This document shows positions 16,853 to 27,018 of a stretch of 64,000 bases of DNA, one piece after another. A program made the translations under genes and the position numbers. The notes beneath the pieces were generated by a model. That model was given only the letters and a program-made list of their open reading frames with translations. It was not told the DNA's origin and searched no databases. Every line of letters begins with the position of its first letter. Position 1 is the first letter of the stretch. Origin of the DNA: Dehalococcoidia bacterium (GTDB lineage Bacteria; Chloroflexota; Dehalococcoidia; Lucifugimonadales; UBA3495); NCBI GenBank assembly GCA_030740155.1, contig JASLXV010000080.1, forward strand, positions 1 through 64,000, in the 5' to 3' direction.

Positions 16853-18895
16853 TTGGAGTTCTTGATTGTAGCCATGGTGGCCGGTGGGATCGCCCTTCTC
16901 TTCGCCGGCGTCACCACCATTAGGGTTCTGAAAGCCGATCCGGGCAATGAGGCGATGCGGGCCATCGGCGACGCCATCCGGGAAGGTTCCAGCGCTTTCC
17001 TGCGCCGGGAATACCTGGTGCTCGTGCCCTTCGTTGTGGTGGTGACCGGCATCTTGTGGGTGCTCATCGACTGGCACACCCGGGACGATCTGGTGCCCAG
17101 GACCGCCATCTCATACCTGGCCGGCACCCTCTGTTCGGCTACTGCTGGGCTCATCGGGATGAGCGTGGCGGTGCGGGCCAACGTCCGGACGGCGGCCGCC
17201 GCGATGCGCGGTCTGAATCCGGCGCTTCGGGTGGCCTTTTCCAGCGGGTCGGTAATGGGGGTGACGGTGGTGGGCATCGGCCTGCTTGGGGTTTCCATCC
17301 TCTACCTGATCTTCAAGGACATCAGCGTGGTGGCCGGGTTCGGTTTTGGAGCAAGCTCTATCGCCCTGTTCGCCAGGGTTGGCGGCGGCATCTTCACCAA
17401 GGCCGCCGACGTGGGGTCCGACCTGGTGGGTAAGATTGAAGCCGGCATCCCCGAGGATGACCCTCGCAACGCTGGGGTCATCGCCGATAACGTGGGCGAT
17501 AATGTTGGCGACGTGGCCGGCATGGGCGCCGACCTCTTCGAGTCCTACGTTGGCTCCCTTATCTCGGCAATTGCCCTGGCGGCGGCAGCGCTGGCCGGGA
17601 CCCAGGGTGCCTGGAAGGCCGATCAGGCGATGTTCCCCCTGCTGCTGGCGGGAGGCGGGATCCTGGCGTCAATCCTGGGCACCTTCGTGGTCCGGAGCGG
17701 GGAAAACGCCGATTTCGATAAGCTGCTCTGGGCGCTACGCCGGGGCATTTTCACCTCGGCGGCGCTGGTGGCCGTATTTGCCGTGGTCGCCGTGATAGCC
17801 CTGGACCTGGAGATCGAGTGGTTCTGGGCGGTCCTGGTCGGACTGGTGGCCGGGATAATAATCGGCCTATCCACCGAATACTACACCTCGTACAGCTACA
17901 AGCCGACCCAGAGAATCGCTGAAAACTCCCAGACCGGGGCGGCCACTGTGATGATCAGCGGTATCGCCACCGGAATGATGAGCACGGTGATCCCACTGGT
18001 CGCCATCGGGGTGACCATTATCATCGCCTTCGAGCTGTCCGGCTTCTACGGGGTGGCCCTGGCCGGTGTCGGCCTCCTTTCCACCCTGGGCATCACCCTG
18101 GCCACCGACGCTTACGGGCCGGTGGCGGACAACGCCGGAGGCATCGCCGAGCAGGCCAAGCTGCCCCCCGAGGTACGGGAGAGGACCGATGCCCTGGACG
18201 CCCTGGGGAACACCACCGCGGCCACCGGCAAAGGGTTCGCCATCGGCTCCGCCGCCCTGACCTCGCTGGCCCTGCTGGCCGCGTACGCGGTGGCCGCCGG
18301 CTTGGACGACGATGGAATCAACTTGCTGGACCACAAGGTCCTGGTCGGTCTGCTTGTTGGGGCCATGCTGCCCTTCCTGTTCTCGGCCTTCACCATGAGC
18401 GCCGTGGGCCGGGCCGCCTTCTCTATCGTAAACGAGGTGCGACGCCAGTTCCGGGAGATTCCCGGATTGATGGAAGGCACGAATCGGCCGGAATACGCGA
18501 AGTGCGTGGATATCGCCACCCGTGGGGCCCTCCGGGAGATGATAATTCCCGGCCTGATGGCTGTGGTTGTGCCGGTATCCGCCGGTTTCATCCTGGGCAC
18601 CGAGGCGCTGGGCGGTCTCTTGATCGGCGCGGTCGGCTCTGGGTTCATGTTGGCCATCATGATGGCCACCGCCGGTGGAGCATGGGACAACGCCAAGAAA
18701 TACGTGGAACTGGGCAACTTCGGAGGGAAAGGGTCTGAAGCCCACAAGGCGGCGGTGGAAGGGGATGTGGTGGGTGATCCCTTCAAAGACACCTCGGGCC
18801 CGTCGCTGAACATCTTGCTCAAGCTGATGGCCATTGTTTCCCTGGTGTTCGCGCCGGTATTCCTGGACGTGACACCTCTCATCGACCGTATCTAA
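16853..18895 (+). CDS. hppA: Membrane-bound cation-translocating pyrophosphatase, K+-dependent type
   Basis: GGIFTKAADVGSDLVGKIE, DNVGDNVGD, GNTTAATGKG, GGAWDNAKK, GDPFKDTSGP. Confidence 0.97.
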   Translation: MEFLIVAMVAGGIALLFAGVTTIRVLKADPGNEAMRAIGDAIREGSSAFLRREYLVLVPFVVVVTGILWVLIDWHTRDDLVPRTAISYLAGTLCSATAGLIGMSVAVRANVRTAAAAMRGLNPALRVAFSSGSVMGVTVVGIGLLGVSILYLIFKDISVVAGFGFGASSIALFARVGGGIFTKAADVGSDLVGKIEAGIPEDDPRNAGVIADNVGDNVGDVAGMGADLFESYVGSLISAIALAAAALAGTQGAWKADQAMFPLLLAGGGILASILGTFVVRSGENADFDKLLWALRRGIFTSAALVAVFAVVAVIALDLEIEWFWAVLVGLVAGIIIGLSTEYYTSYSYKPTQRIAENSQTGAATVMISGIATGMMSTVIPLVAIGVTIIIAFELSGFYGVALAGVGLLSTLGITLATDAYGPVADNAGGIAEQAKLPPEVRERTDALDALGNTTAATGKGFAIGSAALTSLALLAAYAVAAGLDDDGINLLDHKVLVGLLVGAMLPFLFSAFTMSAVGRAAFSIVNEVRRQFREIPGLMEGTNRPEYAKCVDIATRGALREMIIPGLMAVVVPVSAGFILGTEALGGLLIGAVGSGFMLAIMMATAGGAWDNAKKYVELGNFGGKGSEAHKAAVEGDVVGDPFKDTSGPSLNILLKLMAIVSLVFAPVFLDVTPLIDRI

Positions 18896-19015
18896 CCCTG
18901 GCGACGCTGCCAGGCCACGTGGCAAGAGACTCGCGGGAACCGTGCAGAAACTGGGGCGCTCCAGGTAAATGGGGCACCCTTAACTTTTCCCTTCAGAGGG
19001 CCTTTGCCTCAAAAC

Positions 19016-19262
19016 TGGCCTTCCGAGGAGCATTGCGACGAGGAATCTGGTGCGGGGTTCCTCCGTCGGAGCCTGGACCCACCACACCAGACCCCTCGCT
19101 TCACTCGGGGTGACATTGTCCAGAGCACTTTTGGGGCAAGGCTTTTCGGAGGGGGCTGGCGGTTCGTCAAGCCTGTCCTGAGCCCAGCCGAAGGGCTCAC
19201 CACGAACGGTGGAGGAGGATTCCCATCTAACCAGGTGGTTCGAGAAGCTCACCACGAACGGT
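19016..19262. repeat. Cluster of palindromic repeats: one family C relative and two family F copies (GCTCACCACGAACGG)
   Basis: 19016-19115 resembles 12052-12124; GCTCACCACGAACGGT occurs at about 19195-19210 and 19247-19262. Confidence 0.7.
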
Positions 19263-19331
19263 ATTTGTTACGCCAATCGGCGTCACGCCAATGATCGAAG
19301 GGAAGTACCAGGTTTGTGGCGGGCCGGCCGG

Positions 19332-19622
19332 CTACAGGGTGGAAGCGGACAGGGCCTCTTGCACCGCCGCGAGCGGCGAGCTGATATCGAACGGCTTGAC
19401 CAGTACCGCGCAGGCGCCCAAAGGCCTGGATACGGCCTGGGCCTCAACGTAGCTTGTGGCGGTGGTGACAATCAGCGGAGCGGTAGGAAGGATGCCGGCG
19501 TCCCGCAGCTCCCGGGCCTCTCCGGTGGGAGCCGAAGTTACTTCGTGTTCGAGCCGGCTCAAGACGATCTGGTACAGGGAGCGCAATGTGCTACGGTCCT
19601 CGACGACAAGTATCCTGGCCAT
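19332..19622 (-). pseudogene. Single-domain response regulator with an internal deletion
   Basis: RILVVED...and VKPFD are present, but the beta3 D-x-x-L-P-G-x-D-G segment is absent; only 96 aa. Confidence 0.7.
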
Positions 19623-19633
19623 CGGCGGCCTGG

Positions 19634-20206
19634 CTAGCCTCCGGGCCGGTCTTTAGTCAGGTAGAGCAGGCGAATCTGGGCCGTCCCCCCTTCGATCTCC
19701 AGCATTCCGAGGGTCCCCATTGCTTCAGGGCGGTAGTGCCGGCCCGGATAGGTTGGGCTGCCCGGGTTGACCAGCAGCACCCCGTCGTGATAGCAGACCA
19801 GCTCATGATGGGTGTCCCCGAAAACCACGATGTCCACCGGCTGCCCGAATTTTTGGGCTACGATATCCCGGCCTCGCCCTTCCGGGAAGATCAACCCGGT
19901 GCCGTCGGGGGTGGTGCTGATCCGTGGCCCCGGCCATTGGATGTCGTGGATCATGCCGATTGCTAATGCCTCGGCCTGGACCACCCGGGTGACCGCCGCC
20001 AGCCGGTCACCCGGCTCGGTGGGGTCCTCGTAGCCCCGCACCGCCAGCACCGGGGCCACCGTTTCCAGGCAGTCCAGGACGCCCAGGCACTCCAGATCGC
20101 CGCAATGCAAGATCAGGTCGACACCTTCCAGCGCGGTGAGCACTTCGCCGGGCAGGTCCAAGCCCCGGCCCGCCAGGTGGGTATCCGAGATCAGGCCGAT
20201 CTTCAT
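19634..20206 (-). CDS. YfcE-type metallophosphoesterase
   Basis: ISDTH, HCGD, VFGDTH, NPGSPT. Confidence 0.9.
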   Translation of the reverse strand: MKIGLISDTHLAGRGLDLPGEVLTALEGVDLILHCGDLECLGVLDCLETVAPVLAVRGYEDPTEPGDRLAAVTRVVQAEALAIGMIHDIQWPGPRISTTPDGTGLIFPEGRGRDIVAQKFGQPVDIVVFGDTHHELVCYHDGVLLVNPGSPTYPGRHYRPEAMGTLGMLEIEGGTAQIRLLYLTKDRPGG

Positions 20207-21240
20207 GACGAGGGGGTGGCCCGGGAGGTCACCCGGGGGGCGAGCGCATCCAGGGTGCGGAACATGGCCGGTAGGGAGGAGCCGCGGGGGAACGCGACCA
20301 GCGGCATGTCGGCCCCGCTACGCCGGAACTGGTCCAGCTTGGCCCGGCAGGTAGCCGCGTCGCCGAGAATGGTGACGTTGTTCAGCATCTCATCCGTGAT
20401 CGAAGATGCCGCCTTGGCCCGGTCGCCGGCAACCCAGGCTTCCCGGAGGGCGTCCGCTTGGGCCTTGTAGCCGTAGCGGCTGAACAGGTCGTAGTAGTAG
20501 GTTCCCATGCCGCCGATGTAGTAGGTCATGTGGGCGCGGACCCGCCGCTCGGCGTCAGCCAGATCCTCGTCCCCGTCCGCCACGTGGCACATGATTTGAG
20601 GGGCGACGCTGATCTCCGAAATGTCCCGGCCGGCCCGAGCAGCACCTTTGGCGACCTGCTCTTTCAGCCCCGCGAGGTGTCCCTGATGGACCCAGATGGG
20701 TAGCCATCCGTCGGCCAGCTCTCCGGTCAGGTCTAGGTTCTTGGGGCCCAAGCTGGCCAGATAGATGGGGATCCGTTTTTGAATCGGAGAAGCGCCCAGG
20801 CGGAAGCGGCGTAAGTTGTAGAAGCGGCCCTCATGGTTCACCGCCTCGCCGGACAGGGCCTGGCGGATTATCTCGATGTACTCGCGGGTGCGTTGCAAGG
20901 GATACTTGAACGGTAGGCCGTGCCAATCCTCGATGACGATCCGCCCGCTGGACCCCAGTCCCAGCATCGCTCTCCCTTCCGAGACCAAGTCCAGAGAGGC
21001 GATGCATTGGGCGATCATGGAGGGGGTGCGGCTGTACACCGTTACGATTCCGGTGCCCAGGCGAATGGACCGGGTGTTACAGGCGATGGCGGTCAACACG
21101 GTGAAGGCATCCATTCCCCATGACTCGCCGGTCCAGAGTTCGTCGTAGCCTAGCCGGTCCGCATGCTGGGCGACGGTGATCATGTCCTTGAAAGGATGCC
21201 CGTCCGGCCTGGGGTTGAAAAACAATCCGGTGCCGCTCAT
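20203..21240 (-). CDS. LLM-class flavin-dependent (possibly F420) oxidoreductase
   Basis: WTGESWGMDAF, RLGTGIV..YSRTP, GRAMLGLGSSG, GELADGWLP. Confidence 0.92.
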   Translation of the reverse strand: MSGTGLFFNPRPDGHPFKDMITVAQHADRLGYDELWTGESWGMDAFTVLTAIACNTRSIRLGTGIVTVYSRTPSMIAQCIASLDLVSEGRAMLGLGSSGRIVIEDWHGLPFKYPLQRTREYIEIIRQALSGEAVNHEGRFYNLRRFRLGASPIQKRIPIYLASLGPKNLDLTGELADGWLPIWVHQGHLAGLKEQVAKGAARAGRDISEISVAPQIMCHVADGDEDLADAERRVRAHMTYYIGGMGTYYYDLFSRYGYKAQADALREAWVAGDRAKAASSITDEMLNNVTILGDAATCRAKLDQFRRSGADMPLVAFPRGSSLPAMFRTLDALAPRVTSRATPSS

Positions 21241-21265
21241 CCGTTGATGCTCCTGTTGGTGTGGA

Positions 21266-21841
21266 CTAGTTCCGGTGCTCCCATAGGGTGAAGTAATCGG
21301 GCGAATCTCCCAGCAAGGCTTCGGTCAACTGGGTTACATGCAGCTTCTGGAGGATGTCTGTCTCCTCGGCGACCAACCGGCTGAGCACTTTTTCCCACTG
21401 GGCCACTGCGGTCTCCCCGCAGTGAGACCTCACTAGCGTTCTCAAGCCGTCCAACACCCGCTCCGAGTGGGACTCCAGGGCCCCGCCGCTAACGATGAAC
21501 ACGACGACGGTGGGGATATCTTCCTCAGCGTCGGGGCTGACCCCCAGTTGGTCCAGGATGAAGGACATGGCGGTTTCCCGGATGGCCATCTCCACCCGCA
21601 ACGGGAGGTTAATCAGGTGAGCGAATGTGAACTCGGTTTCCTCGCGAACCGCCTCGGAAAACTGATCTTCCACCGCCCTGAAGAACTCTTCGACGAAAAC
21701 ATCCGCCGCATTCAAGAGCACGATACGCGGTGGGTGCTCCCGCTGATCGATTACCAGAAACTCCTTCAGGTGAGGGAAAATGCAGAACTGAAGGTCCGGA
21801 CGCTCTCCATCGGGCAGGTGCGTGCTGAACAGTTCTTCCAT
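21266..21841 (-). CDS. Hypothetical protein
   Basis: 191-aa ORF with normal codon usage, co-oriented in the otsA operon. Confidence 0.75.
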   Translation of the reverse strand: MEELFSTHLPDGERPDLQFCIFPHLKEFLVIDQREHPPRIVLLNAADVFVEEFFRAVEDQFSEAVREETEFTFAHLINLPLRVEMAIRETAMSFILDQLGVSPDAEEDIPTVVVFIVSGGALESHSERVLDGLRTLVRSHCGETAVAQWEKVLSRLVAEETDILQKLHVTQLTEALLGDSPDYFTLWEHRN

Positions 21842-21881
21842 GTGAACCGGATGAACCGGCGCTCCTCCGTGGGCAGGAAAG

Positions 21882-23399
21882 TCACAACAGCTTGGCGATG
21901 TCTCTCAGTTGGCTGACTATCCAGTGGGTGATGTCTTCGCGGCAGACCGATGATACCAGCAGAGATGCCCGGTGCATGCGGTCCTCGGAGGACATGCTGA
22001 TCGCCTGATACAACGCCTCCATGGTGCCCTCGATATCGGTGGGGGACACGGAGAGGGCCCCTTCCTTCAATTGGTCGTGGACCCCGCTGGTTTCCGACAA
22101 CACCAGCACCCCGTCCCGGCCATTGACCACGGGACCTTCCTTGGCCACCAGGTTCATGCCTTCGATGATGGTGTTCACCAGCAACGCGTCATACAGCTTC
22201 ATCCCGGCAATCGCCTGGGTGTAGTTGTTCTCGATAAAGGTCACAATGGGCTGCCACTCCTCGGTGGCATGGGCGCTGTTGATCTGGCCGACAACCTGCT
22301 GAATCTCGTCCATGTACCGTTGATACTGGCGGATGTGGGTCCGGGACGGCACCAGGAAGGCCAAGAAGCTCACCTTGCCTTGCAGGTCCGGATGGCGCTT
22401 GAGCAGCAGCTCATAGGCTTTGAAACCCCGGATGATATTCTTGTTGGGCTCGGCGCGGTCGATGCGCATTATGGTGATGTCATTGCACATCGGGGCCAGG
22501 CGTGCCTCGTAGTCTAGGGCGCGGGGAGAGTTAGCTATCCTCTGTACCTCGGCGACGTTGATGGAAATGGGGTAGACCTTGACCTGGGTCTGGTGGCCCC
22601 GCCATTCGATCACACCCGCTTTGTGGTCCACCTCCGCCTCCGGAATAAACTCTTCGATGGAGTCCAGGAAGCTCCGCCGGTCCAGGGAGGTTTGGAAACC
22701 CACCAGATCTGCGGCGCAGAGGGAGCCGCAGATCTGGTGGGTGATATAGCTGGGGATCATCTGCCAGTAGCGGGAAGCGGGCCACGGGATGTGAATGAAA
22801 TGGTGGATGATGGCGTCGGGGATTTCCTCCCGCACGTACTCCGGCAACAGGTAGAGGTGGTAATCATGGCCAATGACGATGGGGGCCTGGCCGTACTCCC
22901 GGGCTTCCTCGACGATCGCCCGCGCGAAGGCCTGGTTCACGGTTACGTATCCGCCGTGCCAGGCGTCATGGACTGACGCGTCGACGTTGGGGTTGTAGGG
23001 CGGGTTCCACATGTAGTGCTGGAGGAACCAGAGCAAGGGGTTGCATAGCACGTTGTAGTATTTGTGGTAGACGCGGCGAGGCGTGACGACGTAGCGCAGG
23101 TTGATCTTGTGTCCGGGCAGTGGCGACTTGACGTGGCGGCCGTGGCCGCTGGAGGCAACGGTTCGGTCCCCCTCGCCCATGGCGCTGGCCACCCAGGTGA
23201 ACTCCGCGTTCTGGGTTAGGGCGCTGAGGGCCGTGACAACCCCTCCGCTAGCCCTGCGGGCCTCGGGGTGGCCCTCCGGCGTCATCTGGTGCTCGACGGG
23301 CCCGCGGTTGCTGGCCAGGATGAGAGGCCGCCGGGAAAGTAAGGTGTCGCACAGCTCTCGTAGTTCGGCCATGCTGTTTTCGGGACCGGCCTCTACCAT
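21882..23399 (-). CDS. otsA: Trehalose-6-phosphate synthase (GT20)
   Basis: ASNRGP, SGGVVTAL, HDYHL, HFIHIPWP, GMNLVAKEG. Confidence 0.92.
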   Translation of the reverse strand: MVEAGPENSMAELRELCDTLLSRRPLILASNRGPVEHQMTPEGHPEARRASGGVVTALSALTQNAEFTWVASAMGEGDRTVASSGHGRHVKSPLPGHKINLRYVVTPRRVYHKYYNVLCNPLLWFLQHYMWNPPYNPNVDASVHDAWHGGYVTVNQAFARAIVEEAREYGQAPIVIGHDYHLYLLPEYVREEIPDAIIHHFIHIPWPASRYWQMIPSYITHQICGSLCAADLVGFQTSLDRRSFLDSIEEFIPEAEVDHKAGVIEWRGHQTQVKVYPISINVAEVQRIANSPRALDYEARLAPMCNDITIMRIDRAEPNKNIIRGFKAYELLLKRHPDLQGKVSFLAFLVPSRTHIRQYQRYMDEIQQVVGQINSAHATEEWQPIVTFIENNYTQAIAGMKLYDALLVNTIIEGMNLVAKEGPVVNGRDGVLVLSETSGVHDQLKEGALSVSPTDIEGTMEALYQAISMSSEDRMHRASLLVSSVCREDITHWIVSQLRDIAKLL

Positions 23400-23613
23400 G
23401 GCCCTCTCAACGCGAGGAAGGTCTCAATTCCCCATTGATTCCGCTCTCATGGACACCAAAACCTCCGGTGATTTATCGGAGGAAGAGCGGAGCAAAGCAA
23501 ATCTTGTTTCGGAGCAGCGGCAACTCGACGGTAGCATCCTGCCCAGGGCTTGTCAAGGCGCGGCTCCCGTCCATCAACCGGTCCAATAGATGGGCGACAC
23601 CCCGCCGGTCTCG

Positions 23614-24432
23614 CTAATTATCATGGACCGGATCAGGCGCGTACGGACCGGGGCGCGGCCCACGCCCGGACAGCCCGGCAATCGCCGAGACGACCAGGCC
23701 CAGGTCCGCAACGGAGGCATCGGGCTCCGACTCTGGGTCCGACGGGTCCTCCCGCTCGTAGAACCCTGTGATCCACACGGTTTTCAATCCGGAACGCTTG
23801 GCGCCCACCACGTCGTTAACCACGTGGTCGCCCACGTGTACGGCCTCGGTAGGGGAAACGCCCATGGCGCGCAACGTCATCAGGAAGATCTCGGTGGAGG
23901 ACTTGGCCAGCCTGACTTCGTCGGAGAAGGTCAGGATGTCGAAGTAATCCAGGATGCCGTGATGCTCCAGGAACGTCCGAAAGGTGGTGCCGGGAGTCAT
24001 CCCGGTATTGGAGATCAGTCCGAGGCGCATCCCCATCTCATGCAGGGCGCGCAGCACGGGAACGGCCTCGGCGTGGGGCCGCGGTGGATGCACCAGAAAG
24101 GAGTCGGCGTATATCCGCACGATGTCTTCGAGGGTGCCCTGGTCCAAGCGGTCCACCAGACCGGGGCTGATGTTGTTGATGAAGGTCTCCACCTGTTCCC
24201 GGAAGCTGATGTCGCGCTCCTCATCCCGGATCTGGTGACACCGGCGGTAGCAGGCCCGGTAGGCTTGCCGGATGTGCTCCAGGTCGTAGTGTTCACCGAA
24301 CCGGCCCAGGGCGTCTTGGGCCCCTTCCAGCCGCACCAGGGCCCGGGCCTGTCCCTGCTCCCGGTTGTCCAAGAGCAAGGTCTGCCACAGGTCGAAGGTG
24401 ACCGCGGTTATCTTATTTGAAGTGGCTGGCAA
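23614..24432 (-). CDS. HAD-family hydrolase (subfamily IA)
   Basis: FDLWQTL, LISNT, HVGDHVVNDVVGAK; start codon uncertain. Confidence 0.9.
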   Translation of the reverse strand: MPATSNKITAVTFDLWQTLLLDNREQGQARALVRLEGAQDALGRFGEHYDLEHIRQAYRACYRRCHQIRDEERDISFREQVETFINNISPGLVDRLDQGTLEDIVRIYADSFLVHPPRPHAEAVPVLRALHEMGMRLGLISNTGMTPGTTFRTFLEHHGILDYFDILTFSDEVRLAKSSTEIFLMTLRAMGVSPTEAVHVGDHVVNDVVGAKRSGLKTVWITGFYEREDPSDPESEPDASVADLGLVVSAIAGLSGRGPRPGPYAPDPVHDN

Positions 24433-24557
24433 ATTGGCTTGCTTCGGGTTGTGTGGGAACACATCGGCTGGCGCGCCAGAGCTTGAATTGTACACGAAAA
24501 CGGCGGACCGAAGAGTCCGGGGCGGAGCCAGCAAACTTGGCCAAAATTGCGACAGGG

Positions 24558-24590
24558 AAATCCCCCTGGTCCCCCTTTACGAAAGGGGGA
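24558..24590. repeat. Palindromic repeat family B copy
   Basis: AAATCCCCCTGGTCCCCCTTTACGAAAGGGGGA. Confidence 0.65.
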
Positions 24591-24886
24591 GCCGGTTACC
24601 AGCGATACCTCAGTGCTTTGTCCACAAGGGATTCGGTGGCTGCCGTCTCTTCGGTCAGGTCTTTTGGCTGATGACGCCTTTCATCTGAGCGTTCCCCCCT
24701 CATTCTGGGCGGGTGGGCGGGTTCTTGAATGCCAACTGGTGAACGAGGCTCTAAACTTGAAAACAGCTTTCAGTACAACGCTCGGTACGTCGGCTGCAAC
24801 GGGCCAGGTCCGAGCAGGCGAGGAAGTTCGACGGCGGCGCCGCTGGAGGGCCAGGCAACCCGGATTAGATGTTCTCTTTCCAGAAT

Positions 24887-24914
24887 CTCTGTGTCCTCCG
24901 TGTCTCTGTGGCTA
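24887..24914. repeat. Palindromic repeat family A half copy
   Basis: Reverse complement TAGCCACAGAGACACGGAGGACACAGAG differs at 2 of 28 positions from 4910-4937. Confidence 0.75.
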
Positions 24915-24931
24915 ACCCCAAACGGGCCGAA

Positions 24932-26344
24932 TCAGATTGGCGGCCGGCGCGCGTGCCAGTCGGTTGCCTGCTCGTAGGCGTGGGCGGCCCGGAGGACGGT
25001 CAGCTCATCGAAGGAGCGGCCCGCCAGTTGCAGGCTGATGGGCAGGCCCGCATCGGAGAAGCCGCAGGGAAGGGCGATGGCGGGAGAGCCGGTGATGTTG
25101 TAGGGGCGGGTGTACTGGGTTAGGGCCGCCACGGTTCCCACCGTCTGTTCCCCGGCCTGCACCTTGGTGGCCAGAAGCTTGGGCGCGGTTACCGGCTCAG
25201 TGGGGCCGGCCAGGAGGTCCACCTGTTCCAGGAGTTCGCGGAACTGGCGGTCGAACAGGGACCTGGCCTGCTGGGCGCGCAGATAATCGGCGGCGCTGAC
25301 GAACAGGCCCGCTTCGAAGCGCAGCCGCACCGGAGGGTACAGGCTGCCGCCGTCGCGGGCCAGCAGGTCCCGGTAACAAGCCGCGGCCTCGGCCATCAAG
25401 ATGGTGCTGGAGATGGCCTGCGACTGGTTGAACATGGGGAAGGACACCTCGGTCACGACCGCGCCCATGGTTTCCAGCAGGGCGACCGCATCCCGGACCG
25501 CCCGAGAGACCTGGGGGTTCAGGGGCGCCTCCAGGTATTCTTTGGGCAGCCCGATGCGCAGGCCGCGAACGTCGCCGGTCAGCGCGGTGGTGTAGTCGGG
25601 AACGTCCACCCTGGCGGACGCCACGTCCATGGGGTCGTGACCCGCGATGGCGTTCATCGTCAAGGCGGCGTCTTCCACCGTCCGCACGATGGGGCCGGGG
25701 TGGTCCAGGGACCAGGAAAGGGGGGCCAGCCCGTGGCGGCTGATCAGGCCGTAGGTGGGCTTGAGGCCCACGACGCCGCAAAGGGCGGCCGGGATGCGGA
25801 CGGAGCCGCCGGTATCGCTCCCGGTGGTGATGGTGCACTGGCCCGCCGCCGCCGCCGATGCGGAGCCGCCGCTGGACCCGCCGGTGATAAGCTCCGGGTC
25901 CCAGGGGTTGTGCATGTGGCCGTAGTCCTGGTTCTCGCCCGTGGGGCCGTAGGCAAACGGGTGCATGTTCAGCTTGCCCAGCAGGATAGCCCCGGCGCGA
26001 TGGAGCCGGGCGGCCACGGTGCAGTCTTCCTTGGGAACAAAGGTGTCGAAGATCCGGGAGCCCGAGGTGGTGCGCACCCCGGCAGTGTTGAACAGGTCCT
26101 TAAGACCGACGGGGATGCCGTGCAGAGGCCCCCGGTAATTTCCCCCTTGAATCTCACCTTCGGCCCGGCGGGCGGCGGCCCTCGCTTCCTCCGGCAAGAG
26201 GGTGATGAAGGAGTTCAGTACCGGCTCGGTGGCCTCGATGCGGGCCAAGAGGGCGTCCACGATCTCCACCGGTGATACTTCGCGGCTTTGCACCAGCCGG
26301 GAAAGCCCGCCGGCGCTCATGTAACACAGCTCAAGAGCTTCCAT
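24932..26344 (-). CDS. Amidase-signature family enzyme (GatA/AtzE-like)
   Basis: GPLHGIPVGLKD, GGSSGGS, GSDTGGSVRIPA. Confidence 0.95.
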   Translation of the reverse strand: MEALELCYMSAGGLSRLVQSREVSPVEIVDALLARIEATEPVLNSFITLLPEEARAAARRAEGEIQGGNYRGPLHGIPVGLKDLFNTAGVRTTSGSRIFDTFVPKEDCTVAARLHRAGAILLGKLNMHPFAYGPTGENQDYGHMHNPWDPELITGGSSGGSASAAAAGQCTITTGSDTGGSVRIPAALCGVVGLKPTYGLISRHGLAPLSWSLDHPGPIVRTVEDAALTMNAIAGHDPMDVASARVDVPDYTTALTGDVRGLRIGLPKEYLEAPLNPQVSRAVRDAVALLETMGAVVTEVSFPMFNQSQAISSTILMAEAAACYRDLLARDGGSLYPPVRLRFEAGLFVSAADYLRAQQARSLFDRQFRELLEQVDLLAGPTEPVTAPKLLATKVQAGEQTVGTVAALTQYTRPYNITGSPAIALPCGFSDAGLPISLQLAGRSFDELTVLRAAHAYEQATDWHARRPPI

Positions 26345-26421
26345 AATTCTCCCTGGTTCCCCCTTCAACTTGGGCGTCGCCGGCACCCGGAATGCCGCGG
26401 AGGTTCGGGCTCCCGGCCGGC

Positions 26422-26634
26422 TCAGGACTTGGGGACAGTGATTGCTCCCAGAGGAATGAAGGCCATGTCCGGCTCCGCCCCGGCCACGTCGATGTTCATG
26501 AGAGGATGGAGGCTGGCCAGAGTGGTCTGAACGAATGGATAGAGTTCCTCGATGTGGGGGGATTTGACGTCCAATCCCGCCGCGGCGGCCAGCGAGAGAA
26601 ACGCTTCCCGCGGCAAAGGGGTTTCTGAAGGCAT
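26422..26634 (-). CDS. Small GatC/AtzG-like amidase partner protein
   Basis: 70 aa, ends in ...AEPDMAF; lies directly upstream of the amidase. Confidence 0.65.
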   Translation of the reverse strand: MPSETPLPREAFLSLAAAAGLDVKSPHIEELYPFVQTTLASLHPLMNIDVAGAEPDMAFIPLGAITVPKS

Positions 26635-26704
26635 GGGCTGTCGCTCCTTACCCCGGCTCCGGTCGCGGGGTATTATGGCCTAAGGGCGGCCGTCGTGCAA
26701 ACGC

Positions 26705-26772
26705 GCCCTCACCCTCGGTCCCTCTCCCAACGGGAGAGGGATGCCCTGGCGGGGCCTGGGCTGGGTGAGGGC
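26705..26772. repeat. Palindromic repeat family G (CCCTCACCC...CTCTCCC..GGGAGAGGG)
   Basis: GCCCTCACCC ... GGGTGAGGGC ends with internal hairpin CCCTCTCCC-AAC-GGGAGAGGG. Confidence 0.65.
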
Positions 26773-27018
26773 CGGGCGCCTGGCCGAGGTTTGGGAGGCA
26801 GGCATATGCTGGTATACTCATTGCTGCCGCCACCCGTTTGGCGCTCCGCTCAAGGCCTTCCCGAGTAAGGGGGGTCACCAGAAAAGAGGTTCCCCAGAGG
26901 GAACGGGGCCGACACCGCATGGCATCTCTGTGTTGCCGGAAATCTGGGGCCGAAGAAAATCGGGCGAGCCTGTTCATAGAAGCCCTGGGAAACCCTGCGA
27001 AAACCTGGAGATTAACGG

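Noticed and set aside
24932..26634. gatCAB operon
   Set aside because: No gatB, and the amidase looks like a catabolic paralog
26780..27018. Possible T-box leader upstream of the trpA cluster
   Set aside because: No GGTGGnACCGC T-box consensus and no terminator found
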